The notes under the pieces are model-generated. The model was not told where the DNA came from and did not search any database. It saw only the letters and a list, made by a program, of their open reading frames with translations. Made by a program: the position numbers and the translations under genes. A stretch of DNA of 64,000 bases from an uncultured Prevotellaceae bacterium (GTDB lineage Bacteria > Bacteroidota > Bacteroidia > Bacteroidales > Bacteroidaceae): the NCBI GenBank assembly GCA_946185285.1, contig CAMHIS010000001.1, positions 43,968-107,967 on the forward strand, given 5' to 3'. Positions 31,478 through 43,675 of the stretch are shown here, in pieces; within the stretch, counting starts at the first letter, position 1, and the number at the start of each line of letters is the position of its first letter.

Positions 31478-32688
31478 AGAAAGTCTGTAGTTTCTGCGGA
31501 AGAAACGAACGTGAGGTTAAACTGCTCATAACGGGTATCAATGGCTACATTTGCGACAGCTGTGTAGCGCAGGCCTACCAGATATTGCAGGAGCAGTTCA
31601 AGGAGCGCCCGAAACCGTCCGTCGGCCAAAAGCTGAAGAAGATACCTAAGCCCCGCGAAATCAAGGAATATCTTGACCAGTATGTCATCGGGCAAGACGA
31701 AGCGAAGCGCTATCTGTCAGTGGCCGTCTACAACCACTATAAACGGTTGCAGCAGCCTGATGACAAAAGCGGTGTTGAGATTGAGAAGTCAAATATCATC
31801 ATGGTAGGCTCCACGGGTACTGGCAAGACGCTGTTGGCCCGGACCATTGCCCGCCTGCTTGATGTGCCCTTTACCATCGTCGATGCCACGGTGTTCACTG
31901 AGGCTGGCTATGTAGGTGAGGATGTGGAGAGCATTCTTACGCGTCTGCTGCAGGTTGCCGACTATGACGTTGGGGCGACGCAGCGGGGTATTGTTTTTAT
32001 CGATGAAATCGATAAAATTGCCCGAAAATCGGATAATCCCTCCATCACCCGTGATGTCAGCGGCGAGGGCGTCCAGCAGAGTTTGCTGAAACTTCTTGAG
32101 GGTACCTCCGTCAATGTACCGCCGAAGGGTGGGCGCAAGCATCCTGACCAAGAGTATATTGCTGTTGACACGCGCAATATCTTGTTTATCTGCGGCGGAG
32201 CATTCGATGGCATCGAACGTAAGATAGCTCAGCGGCTGAATACTCACGTCGTTGGCTATAATTCGGTGCAGAATGTCCGTAAAATTGACAAGGAGGACAT
32301 GATGAAGTATGTGTCGCCGCAGGACTTGAAGTCGTTCGGACTTATACCTGAGATTATCGGTCGCTTACCGGTGCTTACCTATTTGAACCCTCTTGACCGC
32401 ACGGCCTTGGAACGTATCTTGGTGGAGCCAAAGAACTCCATTATCAAGCAATATAAGAAGCTGTTCGAGATGGATGGTATAGAGCTGACGTTCGACCATG
32501 ACGCCCTCGAACTGATGGTCGACAAGGCCGTAGAGTACAAACTCGGCGCACGTGGCTTGCGCTCTATCGTTGAGAATATTATGATCGACGCAATGTTCGA
32601 TGTGCCGTCGCGTCAAGTAAAGAATTTTAGCGTTACTCGTGAATATGCGGAAAGGCAATTGGAGAAGTCGCACTTGCAAGTAGCTTAA
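31474..32688 (+). CDS. clpX: Clp protease ATP-binding subunit
   Basis: CSFCG zinc finger, [31 protein letters not shown]. Confidence 0.98.
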   Translation: MKKVCSFCGRNEREVKLLITGINGYICDSCVAQAYQILQEQFKERPKPSVGQKLKKIPKPREIKEYLDQYVIGQDEAKRYLSVAVYNHYKRLQQPDDKSGVEIEKSNIIMVGSTGTGKTLLARTIARLLDVPFTIVDATVFTEAGYVGEDVESILTRLLQVADYDVGATQRGIVFIDEIDKIARKSDNPSITRDVSGEGVQQSLLKLLEGTSVNVPPKGGRKHPDQEYIAVDTRNILFICGGAFDGIERKIAQRLNTHVVGYNSVQNVRKIDKEDMMKYVSPQDLKSFGLIPEIIGRLPVLTYLNPLDRTALERILVEPKNSIIKQYKKLFEMDGIELTFDHDALELMVDKAVEYKLGARGLRSIVENIMIDAMFDVPSRQVKNFSVTREYAERQLEKSHLQVA

Positions 32689-32723
32689 GGTCCCGGCAGG
32701 GAAGACAAAGGAGGAAAGCCTAT

Positions 32724-34898
32724 ATGAAACAACCAAATCTGACAGAAGCCTTGAAAAAGTATTTCGGCTTCGACACGTTCAAGGGAGACCAGAAGGCCAT
32801 CGTGCAGAATGTACTTGATGGCAAGGATACATTCGTGCTCATGCCCACTGGTGGCGGCAAGTCGCTATGCTACCAGCTGCCGTCATTGCTCATGGATGGC
32901 GTGGCCATCGTCATATCGCCGTTGATAGCCCTGATGAAGAACCAGGTAGATGTCATCTCGCAGATGAGTGAGCACGAGGGCACGGCACACTACTTGAACT
33001 CGTCACTCAATAAAGGTGCCATCGACCAGGTGAAGGCCGATGTGAAGGCGGGCATCACCAAACTGCTGTATGTTGCGCCCGAGTCGCTGACAAAGGAGGA
33101 TAACGTCGAGTTCCTGAAGACGGTCAAAATATCGTTCTATGCCATCGACGAGGCCCACTGTATATCGGAATGGGGGCATGATTTCCGCCCTGAATACCGT
33201 CGCATACGGCCGATTGTCAATGAAATTGGTGTGGCTCCCATTATCGCCTTGACAGCCACTGCAACCGACAAGGTGCGCACCGACATTAAGAAGAACCTCG
33301 GCATCCTTGATGCTACGGAGTTCAAGTCGTCGTTCAACCGCCCCAACCTCTATTACGAGGTGCGGCCCAAGACGAAGGATATAGACAAGGAGATTATCAA
33401 GTTTATCAAGCAACATCACGGCAAGAGCGGCATCATCTACTGCCTCTCACGTAAGAAGGTTGAAGAGCTTGCCGAGGTCTTGCGTGCCAATGATATAAAT
33501 GCACTGGCTTATCATGCCGGACTTGATTCGCAGACGCGGACGGAGACGCAGGATAAATTTCTCATGCAGGACATCGATGTCATTGTGGCTACGATTGCTT
33601 TCGGAATGGGTATTGACAAACCCGATGTCCGTTTTGTCATTCACTACGATATTCCGAAGTCTTTGGAGGGCTACTATCAGGAGACCGGCCGTGCCGGTCG
33701 CGACGGGCGTGAGGGCATTTGTCTGGCATTCTATTCCTACAAGGACTTGCGTAAGCTCGATAAGTTCATGGAGGGCAAGCCAGTGGCAGAGCAGGACATA
33801 GGCCGCCAACTGCTACAGGAGACGGCCGCTTATGCTGAGACTTCTGTCTGCCGCCGCAAAATGCTGCTGCACTATTTCGGCGAGGTCTATGATAAAGACA
33901 ATTGCCACAATTGCGATAATTGCCTGCATCCGAAAACGAAGATTGAGGCCAAGGATCAACTGGTGCTCACGCTACAGGTGATACAGGCCGTCAAGGAGAA
34001 CTTCCGTTCTGACTACATCGAGGACTTCATCATAGGACGGGAGACGGAGGAGATTATTGCTCATAAGCACCAGGATCACGACCTCTTTGGCGCCGGAGAG
34101 GGCGTCGACGAGAAATTGTGGAGTCCGGTTATCCGGCAGGCTCTTATTGCAGGCTACCTGAAGAAGGACGTCGAGAACTACGGACTGCTGAAGCTGACCT
34201 CTGCAGGCAAGAAATACCTGAAGTCGCCGCAGTCGTTCATGATCGTCAAAGACCATGAGTTCAGCGAGGATCCTGACGCTCCTGATGAGCGCGATGGCGG
34301 CACCAGCGCGCTCGACCCCGTGCTGAGCAGTATGCTGACAGACCTGCGTAAGAAGGTCTCGCGCCGAATGGAGCGTCCGCCTTATGTCATCTTCCAGGAT
34401 GTCTCGCTCGAGCAGATGGCTACTGAATATCCCGTGACGCTCGAAGAGTTGAAGGGCATCCAGGGAGTAGGGGAGGGCAAGGTGAAGCAGCCCTATGCAA
34501 AGGAGTTCGTTGACCTCATCAAGCGCTATTGCGAAGAGAACAATATCACCCGTCAGGCCGACCTTCGCGTGCGCACTGTGGCAAAAAAGTCGCTTCTGAA
34601 GGTGAAGATTATCCATAATATCGACCGCCAGATAGCCCTTGACGACATTGCTACAGCCCAGAACATTGACTTCGACGACCTGCTTGACGAGGTGGAGGCC
34701 ATTGTTTATAGTGGAACAAAGCTGAACATCGACTACTTCCTTGACGAAGTGATGGACGAGGACCGCGTCGACGAGATTTACGACTACTTTGCCGACTCCG
34801 ACACCGACGACCTTGAGACGGCCATTCAGGAACTGGGTGGCGACGAGACGGAGATCCGGCTCGTCCGTATCAAGTTCATCAGCGATATGGCAAACTGA
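32724..34898 (+). CDS. recQ: DNA helicase RecQ
   Basis: MPTGGGKSLCYQLP, DEAHCISEWGHDFRP, QETGRAGRDG, Zn/RQC and HRDC regions. Confidence 0.97.
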   Translation: MKQPNLTEALKKYFGFDTFKGDQKAIVQNVLDGKDTFVLMPTGGGKSLCYQLPSLLMDGVAIVISPLIALMKNQVDVISQMSEHEGTAHYLNSSLNKGAIDQVKADVKAGITKLLYVAPESLTKEDNVEFLKTVKISFYAIDEAHCISEWGHDFRPEYRRIRPIVNEIGVAPIIALTATATDKVRTDIKKNLGILDATEFKSSFNRPNLYYEVRPKTKDIDKEIIKFIKQHHGKSGIIYCLSRKKVEELAEVLRANDINALAYHAGLDSQTRTETQDKFLMQDIDVIVATIAFGMGIDKPDVRFVIHYDIPKSLEGYYQETGRAGRDGREGICLAFYSYKDLRKLDKFMEGKPVAEQDIGRQLLQETAAYAETSVCRRKMLLHYFGEVYDKDNCHNCDNCLHPKTKIEAKDQLVLTLQVIQAVKENFRSDYIEDFIIGRETEEIIAHKHQDHDLFGAGEGVDEKLWSPVIRQALIAGYLKKDVENYGLLKLTSAGKKYLKSPQSFMIVKDHEFSEDPDAPDERDGGTSALDPVLSSMLTDLRKKVSRRMERPPYVIFQDVSLEQMATEYPVTLEELKGIQGVGEGKVKQPYAKEFVDLIKRYCEENNITRQADLRVRTVAKKSLLKVKIIHNIDRQIALDDIATAQNIDFDDLLDEVEAIVYSGTKLNIDYFLDEVMDEDRVDEIYDYFADSDTDDLETAIQELGGDETEIRLVRIKFISDMAN

Positions 34899-35015
34899 TT
34901 AGCCCTCTCTAACTCTCGCCCACGCGCGAGAATTGGGAATAGTTGAACCCCAATCGGTCATTAGGCTCGAGAGAACTCCAAATCTGCCGTCAATCTCACA
35001 AATAAGAGTGTTCTA

Positions 35016-36936
<1,921 letters not shown>

Positions 36937-36937
36937 G

Positions 36938-38380
36938 ATGAAAAAGAATATCCTCATGGCGGCCCTTCTCCTTGCCGCCTCTCCTTCCTTGTTCGCTGCG
37001 ACTCTGTCGCAGCAGGACGACCCGGTCATCATGACCGTCAACGGCCAGCCCGTTCTCCGCAGTGAGTTCGAGTATAGTTATAACAAGAACAACTCCGAAG
37101 GCGTCATTGACAAGAAAACCGTCGAGGAGTACGTCGACCTTTTCGTCAACTATAAATTGAAGGTCGCTGCAGCACTCGATGCCCGCTTCGATACGCTCAC
37201 CTCGTTCAAGCAGGAGTTTGCCCAGTACCGTGACCAACAGGTGCTCCCCGCCATGGTTACTGATGCCGATATGCTGAAGGAAGCCCATAACATCTATGAC
37301 AATACCGTCAAGCAGATAGGCCCCGACGGACTCGTCCAGACTGCCCATATTCTCTTGCGTCTCGACCAGAAGGCCACGGATGCGGAGCAGAAGGCGGCCA
37401 AGGTTCGCATCGACTCCATCTATAACGCCTTGAAGGCGGGGGCCGACTTTGCTGAACTGGCCAAGAAGGTGAGTCAGGATCCGGGGTCTGCCCGCCAGGG
37501 AGGCCTGCTGCCGTTCGTACAGCGCGGTCAGCTGGTCAAAGAGTACGAGGATGTGGCGTTTGCCCTGAAGGACGGCGAGATGTCGGGGGTCGTCCAGACG
37601 GCGTACGGCTACCATATTATCCTGAGAAAGGGGCACAAGATGCTTGAGCCTTTTGAAGAGCACAAGGAAAGCATCTTGAAGTTCATGGAGCAGCGTGGCA
37701 TTCGTGACCAGCTGGCACAGCAGAAGGTCGATACACTTGTCAGCCAGTCGAATGGCAAGCTGACCCCGGCTGATGTCATGCAGCAGAAAGCTGACGAACT
37801 GTCGGCTGACGACTCTGACCTGAAGAACCTTATTCGCGAGTATTACGAGGGATTACTGCTATATGAGGTCAGCAACCAGCACGTGTGGGATAAGGCTGCC
37901 AAGGACGAGGCTGGACTGGAACAGTTTTTTAAGAAGAATAAGAAGCGCTATAATTGGGAGGAGCCTCGCTTCAAAGGCATCGCCTACCATGTGAAGGATC
38001 AGGCTGACATCCAGGCTGTGAAGGACTGCGTTCGCAAACTGAAGTTCGACCAGTGGGCTGAGGCGCTGCGCAAGACGTTCAATGGCGATAGTATCATCCG
38101 GATCCGTGTCGAGAAAGGTATCTTCAAACAGGGCGACAATGCCCTTGTCGACAGTGCTGTGTTCCACAAGGACACTACTGTCGCGAAACTGAAAGACTAT
38201 CCTCTCGATGCCGTCTACGGCAAGATTCTGAAGAAGAGACCAGAGGACTATACCGACGTCCGCGGTCAGGTTGTCGCCGACTATCAGGACCAGCTGGAGC
38301 GCGAATGGGTGGCCGACCTCCGCCGCCGCTATCCTTTCTCTGTCAACTTCGACGTCGTCAAAACCGTCAACAACCACTAA
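36938..38380 (+). CDS. periplasmic parvulin-type peptidyl-prolyl isomerase
   Basis: Signal peptide; AHILL, FAELAKKVSQDPGS..GGLL, GYHII. Confidence 0.9.
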   Translation: MKKNILMAALLLAASPSLFAATLSQQDDPVIMTVNGQPVLRSEFEYSYNKNNSEGVIDKKTVEEYVDLFVNYKLKVAAALDARFDTLTSFKQEFAQYRDQQVLPAMVTDADMLKEAHNIYDNTVKQIGPDGLVQTAHILLRLDQKATDAEQKAAKVRIDSIYNALKAGADFAELAKKVSQDPGSARQGGLLPFVQRGQLVKEYEDVAFALKDGEMSGVVQTAYGYHIILRKGHKMLEPFEEHKESILKFMEQRGIRDQLAQQKVDTLVSQSNGKLTPADVMQQKADELSADDSDLKNLIREYYEGLLLYEVSNQHVWDKAAKDEAGLEQFFKKNKKRYNWEEPRFKGIAYHVKDQADIQAVKDCVRKLKFDQWAEALRKTFNGDSIIRIRVEKGIFKQGDNALVDSAVFHKDTTVAKLKDYPLDAVYGKILKKRPEDYTDVRGQVVADYQDQLEREWVADLRRRYPFSVNFDVVKTVNNH

Positions 38381-38381
38381 C

Positions 38382-39944
38382 ATGAAGAAACTGACAATAG
38401 CATTGTTATTCCTCCTCGCCGCTGTCTGCTATGCTGCGACAGTGCCGCAGCCTACCGCCCCCGCTGTCTGCTATGCTGCGACAGTGTCGCAGCCTACCTC
38501 TGCCGCTGTTGGCTGTGCTGCGGCGGTGCCGCAGCCTACCGTCCCCGCTGTTGGCTGTGCTGCGACAGTGTCGCAGCCTACCGCCCCCGCTGTTGGCTGT
38601 GCTGCGACAGTGCCGCAGCCTACCGCCGCTCCTGCCGATTCCGCAGCCGCCCCGTCTGCCTCCATCGTCGACGAGGTCATCTGGGTCGTCGGCGACGAGG
38701 CAATCCTTCGCAGCGATGTCGAGCAGATGCGCTTGCAGGCTGCTCAGGAGGGTGTCCGCTTCAAAGGCAATCCTGATTGCGCCATTCCTGAACAGATTGC
38801 CGTCCAGAAACTCTTCCTCCATCAGGCCGCCATCGACAGTATCGAGGTCGGTGAGTCGGAGATTGCAACGGGCATCGACCGCCAGATTGATGCGTGGATT
38901 CAGATGGCCGGCTCGCGCGAAAAGCTCGAGGAGTACAAGCGCCAGACCGTCAATCAGATGCGAACGCAGCTCCATGACGACTACCGCGACCGCATCATGG
39001 TGCAGAAGATGCAGCAGAAACTTGTGGAGGATATCAAGGTAACACCCGCCGAGGTGCGCCGATATTTCAAGGACATGCCGCAGGACAGCCTGCCCTTTGT
39101 GCCTACTGAGGTTGAAGTGCAGATTGTTACTCAGACCCCCCGCATAGAGATAGAGGAAATCAACCGTGTCAAGGATGAGTTGCGCGAGTACACCGACCGC
39201 ATCAACAAAGGTGAGGCATCCTTCTCGACCTTGGCCCGTCTCTATTCTGAAGATGGCTCAGCCCGTAATGGTGGTGAGATTGGATATACCGGTCGTGCAC
39301 CGCTCGACCCTGCTTTTGCAGCCGTGGCCTTCGGACTGACTGACCCAAAGAAGGTTTCCAAAATTGTTGAGTCTGAATTCGGCTTCCATATCATCCAGCT
39401 CATCGACAAACGTGGCGACAAGATCAACGTGCGCCATATTCTGCGCAAGCCGGTGGTCAGCGACTCGGCAGTCAATAAGGCCATCGCTCGACTCGATTCC
39501 ATTGCTGACGATATTCGTGCCTCGAAGTTCACCTTCGAGGAGGCGGCTGCCTATGGCTCTGATGATAAGGACACCCGTAGTAATCATGGCCTGATGGCGA
39601 ACTTGACCGAGGAAGGCCGTACGTCGAAGTTCCGTATGCAGGACCTTCCTCAGGATGTGGCCCGTGTTGTAGACACTATGCAGGTCGGACAGGTGTCACG
39701 GGCTTTCCAAATGGTCAACGAACGTGGAAAGACCGTTTGTGCTATTGTCAAGCTGAAGAACAGAATAGACGGCCATAAGGCTACCATTACCGAGGATTTC
39801 CAGATTCTGAAGAATGTCGTCCTCGCCCGTCTGCGTGAGAAGAAAATTCACGACTGGCTCTCCGACAAAATCCGCGCCACCTACGTTCGTCTCAACGATG
39901 ACTACCGGGACTGCGAGTTTGAATATCAAGGCTGGATAAGATGA
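38382..39944 (+). CDS. surA: SurA-like chaperone/PPIase with a repeat-expanded N-terminus
   Basis: VDEVIWVVGDEAILRSD, FSTLARLYSED..GGEIG, GFHIIQL, RHIL; start at MKKLTI. Confidence 0.88.
   Translation: MKKLTIALLFLLAAVCYAATVPQPTAPAVCYAATVSQPTSAAVGCAAAVPQPTVPAVGCAATVSQPTAPAVGCAATVPQPTAAPADSAAAPSASIVDEVIWVVGDEAILRSDVEQMRLQAAQEGVRFKGNPDCAIPEQIAVQKLFLHQAAIDSIEVGESEIATGIDRQIDAWIQMAGSREKLEEYKRQTVNQMRTQLHDDYRDRIMVQKMQQKLVEDIKVTPAEVRRYFKDMPQDSLPFVPTEVEVQIVTQTPRIEIEEINRVKDELREYTDRINKGEASFSTLARLYSEDGSARNGGEIGYTGRAPLDPAFAAVAFGLTDPKKVSKIVESEFGFHIIQLIDKRGDKINVRHILRKPVVSDSAVNKAIARLDSIADDIRASKFTFEEAAAYGSDDKDTRSNHGLMANLTEEGRTSKFRMQDLPQDVARVVDTMQVGQVSRAFQMVNERGKTVCAIVKLKNRIDGHKATITEDFQILKNVVLARLREKKIHDWLSDKIRATYVRLNDDYRDCEFEYQGWIR
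38419..38628 (+). repeat. five tandem 42-bp family-A units, in frame in surA
   Basis: Units start at 38419, 38461, 38503, 38545 and 38587; each has core GCTGCGRC-NNN-GYCGCAGC and encodes 14 aa such as AVGCAATVSQPTAP. Confidence 0.97.
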
Positions 39945-41587
39945 CCCTCCGCTCCCTTTTCCCCTCCAGTGTGCAAGGCGGTTCTCCCGCCTTGTCCGCC
40001 CGCCTCTGTTGGATGTGCTGCGGCCTTGCCGCAGTCCTGTTGCTCCTCGTTGCCCTCCCTTCCTTCGCTGCGAAGAAGAAGTCGCGCCGTGCCGACGCTC
40101 CCAAGGACAAGCGTGTCTATCTGGTTCATGCTGACCGTCTGCGCTATGACCGCTACGTCAACTCCGAGGCCCAGATTCTCAACGGCAAAGTGCAGTTTCG
40201 GCATAGTGGTGCCAGCCTCTACTGTGACAGCGCCTACTTCTACGAAGCCTCTAACTCTTTCGAGGCTTTCGGCCATGTCAAGATGTATCAGGGCGACACA
40301 CTGTCCCTATTCAGTGACTATGCCTTTTATGACGGCAACGACGAACTGGCCATGGCTCGCTATAATGTCCAGCTCAAGAACCGAACGACAACTCTATACA
40401 CCGACAGCCTGAACTTTGACCGTATCTACGATAACGCCTACTTCTTCGAAGGCGGCAAAATGGTTGACGGCAAGACGACACTCGTCTCTGATTGGGGCGA
40501 GTATAATACTGACACGAAACTTGCCGTTTTTAATTTCAACGTCAAGATGCGCTCCAAGGATATGTATCTTACTACCGATACACTTTACTATGATACCCGC
40601 ACCTCCATGGCTGAGATTGTCGGACCTACCGACATCATCTCCGGCAAGAGTCACATTTACTCTGAGCGCGGCTATTATGATACCAAGAACGACCGTGCCC
40701 GCCTCCTTGACCGCTCTGTCATGACTAACCAAGGAAAGACACTTGTCGGCGACAGCGTCTGGCATGACGACAAGACGGGCATGAGCAAGGCTTATTATAA
40801 CGTGATTTACGTGGATTCTGTCAACAAGAACAAGCTGACCTGCGACTATGGTGAGTACAATAGCGAGACGGGGTATGCCATGTGTACCAACCGCGCCGTA
40901 TCCATCGACTACTCCCAGCGTGACTCGCTTTTCATGCATGCCGATACGTTCAAAATCTATACTTTCAACATTAACACTGACTCTGTCTACCGCAAGATAC
41001 ATGCGTATAATAAGGTACGCGCGTATCGGACAGACGTGCAGGCCGTCTGCGACTCTTTGGTTTATAACTCCCTCGACTCCTGTATGACCATGTACCGCGA
41101 CCCCATCGTTTGGAACCACAGCCAGCAGCTTGTCGGCGACGAGATTCAGGTGTTTATGAAGGACTCCGTCGTCGACCATGCCCACGTCATCGACAATGCC
41201 TTTTCCGTGGAGGAACTGAATGACGGGGAGTGCTTCAATCAGATATCTTCCAAGGAGATGTTCGCCTTTTTCAAACAGGGGGCTATTGACGAGGCGCAGG
41301 CCAAGGAAAACGTACTCATTATCTATTACCCCGTTGACGAGGCCGACAGTTCGTTCGTCGGACTGAACTATACAGAGACCTCTGAGCTTCGCATCTTCAT
41401 GGAAAACCGGAAGATGAAGAAAATCTGGATGCCAAAGGCTGAGGGTACGCTCTATCCCATGAGCCAGATTCCGCCGGAGAAGAAGTTCCTCCCCGGCTAT
41501 GCCTGGTACGACTATATTCGTCCCCGCAACCGCTACGACATCTTTAACTGGCGGGCCAAGAAGAAAGAAAAGAAAGAGAATGAGTGA
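39941..41587 (+). CDS. OstA/LptA-LptD-like beta-jellyroll protein
   Basis: Repeated LYCDSA / LYTDSL / LTTDTLYY strands; surA-ostA-mutL synteny; ATGA overlap with the surA stop. Confidence 0.85.
   Translation: MTLRSLFPSSVQGGSPALSARLCWMCCGLAAVLLLLVALPSFAAKKKSRRADAPKDKRVYLVHADRLRYDRYVNSEAQILNGKVQFRHSGASLYCDSAYFYEASNSFEAFGHVKMYQGDTLSLFSDYAFYDGNDELAMARYNVQLKNRTTTLYTDSLNFDRIYDNAYFFEGGKMVDGKTTLVSDWGEYNTDTKLAVFNFNVKMRSKDMYLTTDTLYYDTRTSMAEIVGPTDIISGKSHIYSERGYYDTKNDRARLLDRSVMTNQGKTLVGDSVWHDDKTGMSKAYYNVIYVDSVNKNKLTCDYGEYNSETGYAMCTNRAVSIDYSQRDSLFMHADTFKIYTFNINTDSVYRKIHAYNKVRAYRTDVQAVCDSLVYNSLDSCMTMYRDPIVWNHSQQLVGDEIQVFMKDSVVDHAHVIDNAFSVEELNDGECFNQISSKEMFAFFKQGAIDEAQAKENVLIIYYPVDEADSSFVGLNYTETSELRIFMENRKMKKIWMPKAEGTLYPMSQIPPEKKFLPGYAWYDYIRPRNRYDIFNWRAKKKEKKENE
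39967..39994 (+). repeat. family-B hairpin repeat, copy 1 (ostA leader)
   Basis: CAGTGTG-CAA-GGCG-GTTCTCC-CGCC-TTG. Confidence 0.8.
40004..40036 (+). repeat. family-A hairpin repeat (ostA leader)
   Basis: CTCTGTTGGATGT-GCTGCGGC-CTT-GCCGCAGT. Confidence 0.85.
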
Positions 41588-43406
41588 TGTCATCCGGCTC
41601 CTGCCTGACACCGTCGCCAACCAGATAGCTGCTGGCGAGGTTATCCAGCGACCTGCTTCAGTTATCAAGGAGTTGGTCGAGAATGCCGTCGATGCCGGTG
41701 CACACCATATCCATGTCATCGTTGTCGATGCTGGCCGCACTTCTATTCAAGTTATCGACGATGGTCACGGTATGTCCGAAACCGATGCACGCTTGGCATT
41801 CGAGCGTCATGCCACATCCAAGATTCGCCAGGCCGACGATCTCTTCGCTCTCCATACTATGGGCTTCCGTGGCGAGGCTCTGCCGTCCATAGCTGCGGTG
41901 GCTCAGGTGGAGCTGACAACACGCATGGACGGCGACGAGGTGGGCACACGCCTGACCATCGCCGCTTCCAAGGTCGTCGCCCAGGAGCCTGTGTCTTGTC
42001 CTGTCGGCTCTAACTTCAAGGTTGAGAACCTCTTCTATAATGTCCCTGTCCGCCGCAAGTTCCTCAAGTCTAACGCTACTGAGCTGAACAATATCCTAAC
42101 CGCCTTCGAGCGCATCGTCCTCGTCTATCCCGACATTGCCTTTACCCTCCATTCCGGCGATGCTGAGTTGCTCAACCTCCGTGCCGGCTCCTTCTTGCAG
42201 CGCATTACCGATGTCTTCGGCAAGCACTTTGCCCAGGACTTGCTACCCGTAGAGGTCAGTACGGCAATGGTTCGTGTCAGTGGCTACGTCGGCAAGCCCG
42301 AGGCTGCCCGTAAGAAAGGTGCGCACCAGTACTTTTTCGCTAACGGACGCTTCATGAAGCATCCCTATTTCCACAAGGCGGTCCTCACTGCCTACGAGCG
42401 ACTTGTTGCCGAGGGTACGCAGCCGCCCTATTTCCTCTATTTCGATGTGGCCCCTGCTGACATCGATGTGAACATCCACCCGACAAAGACAGAAATCAAA
42501 TTCGAGAACGAACAGCCTGTCTGGCAGATTCTCGCTGCTGCCGTCAAAGATGCCATCGGCCGTTTCTGCGAAGTTCCAGCCATCGACTTCGACACCGAAG
42601 GGCGTCCTGATATCCCCGTATTCAACCCCTCCTCCTCTTCTTCCGTCTCTTTCTCTGCTCCCAAGGTCGACTATAATCCCTCCTATAATCCCTTCAAGGC
42701 CTCCGCTACCCCCGCCGCCTCTCCGAGTGCCCCCACCGCCTCTCCGAGCGCCCCGTCGTTCCCCGACGGGGACTACCTCTCCCCCGCGTCAACCCCCTCT
42801 GTTGGCTCTGCTGCGGCGGTGCCGCAGCCTTCCCTCCTCTCCGACAAGTCCCCCCTTCACTACCAGTACAAAGCGCGCTACATCATGACCGCCGTGAAGT
42901 CTGGCCTTATGATAATCGACCAGCACCGCGCCTCCGTCCGCATCCTCTACGAGCGTTACCTCGCCCAGACTACGGACCGCGCCGTTCTCTCCCAGAGAGT
43001 CCTCTTCCCTGAGGCGGTTCAGTTCGCCCCTTCCGAGTTGCCTCTCCTCCGCGACAGCCTCCCTCACCTTACGAAGATGGGCTTCGAACTCTCTGACCTC
43101 GGTGGTGGCAGCTTTGCCGTCAATGCAATACCCTCCGATGTCGAGGGTAGTCCGGTCAGTCTTCTCCGCAGCATCATTGCCGATATCGCCGAAGGCACGA
43201 AGGCACCCCTCACTTCTTATCGTGAACGCGTTGCCCTCTCCATGGCCCGTGTTGCCGCCGTTCCCTACGGTCAGGTCCTCTCCAACGATGAGATGGATAG
43301 CATCACCAATCAGCTTTTTGCCTGCTCCAACGTCAACTACACCCCGGACGGTCGAGCCATCCTCTGCATACTCCCCCAGTCCGACATCGAGCACCTCCTT
43401 GGCTAA
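41580..43406 (+). CDS. mutL: DNA mismatch repair protein MutL
   Basis: NQIAAGEVI, KELVENAVDAG, GFRGEAL, DVNIHPTK, IDQHRA..RILYE, TPDGR. Confidence 0.97.
   Translation: MSDVIRLLPDTVANQIAAGEVIQRPASVIKELVENAVDAGAHHIHVIVVDAGRTSIQVIDDGHGMSETDARLAFERHATSKIRQADDLFALHTMGFRGEALPSIAAVAQVELTTRMDGDEVGTRLTIAASKVVAQEPVSCPVGSNFKVENLFYNVPVRRKFLKSNATELNNILTAFERIVLVYPDIAFTLHSGDAELLNLRAGSFLQRITDVFGKHFAQDLLPVEVSTAMVRVSGYVGKPEAARKKGAHQYFFANGRFMKHPYFHKAVLTAYERLVAEGTQPPYFLYFDVAPADIDVNIHPTKTEIKFENEQPVWQILAAAVKDAIGRFCEVPAIDFDTEGRPDIPVFNPSSSSSVSFSAPKVDYNPSYNPFKASATPAASPSAPTASPSAPSFPDGDYLSPASTPSVGSAAAVPQPSLLSDKSPLHYQYKARYIMTAVKSGLMIIDQHRASVRILYERYLAQTTDRAVLSQRVLFPEAVQFAPSELPLLRDSLPHLTKMGFELSDLGGGSFAVNAIPSDVEGSPVSLLRSIIADIAEGTKAPLTSYRERVALSMARVAAVPYGQVLSNDEMDSITNQLFACSNVNYTPDGRAILCILPQSDIEHLLG
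42797..42830 (+). repeat. family-A hairpin repeat in the MutL linker
   Basis: CTCTGTTGGCTCT-GCTGCGGC-GGT-GCCGCAGC-CT, encoding SVGSAAAVPQP. Confidence 0.9.
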
Positions 43407-43412
43407 TCCCCC

Positions 43413-43442
43413 CAGTTCGCTGTGCTGCGGCGGTGCCGCAGC
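43413..43442 (+). repeat. family-A hairpin repeat just after the mutL stop
   Basis: CAGTTCGCTGT-GCTGCGGC-GGT-GCCGCAGC. Confidence 0.9.
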
Positions 43443-43533
43443 TTAAATAATGTTAAAGCCGCAAAACTTTTTCTCTTTTCACTCTTCACTTTCCACTTCT
43501 TTTTCGTACCTTTGCACCCGCAAACAAGAAAAG

Positions 43534-43608
43534 GGGCGCTTAGCTCAGCTGGTTTAGAGCATCTGCCTTACAAGCAGAGGGTCGGCGGTTCGAATCCGTC
43601 AGCGCCCA
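43534..43608 (+). tRNA. tRNA-Val(TAC)
   Basis: Acceptor stem GGGCGCT/AGCGCCC; anticodon arm TCTGC-CTTACAA-GCAGA; T-loop GTTCGAATC; -7 box TACCTTTG at 43507-43514; CCA not encoded. Confidence 0.97.
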
Positions 43609-43629
43609 CAAGAAAACATAGAGAGAGTG

Positions 43630-43656
43630 CCGCAGCCGTAGAATGCTGCGGTTTTT
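43630..43656 (+). terminator. intrinsic terminator after tRNA-Val
   Basis: CCGCAGC-8nt-GCTGCGG-TTTTT. Confidence 0.7.
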
Positions 43657-43675
43657 AATTTGCGCAAAGAATAAA

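Noticed and set aside
38419-38628. surA tandem array as a CRISPR array
   Set aside because: Units are contiguous with no unique spacers, lie in frame in a gene, and no cas genes are present.
43534-43660. tRNA-Val as the integration site of an island
   Set aside because: No integrase and no duplicated tRNA 3' end were seen; purB follows directly.
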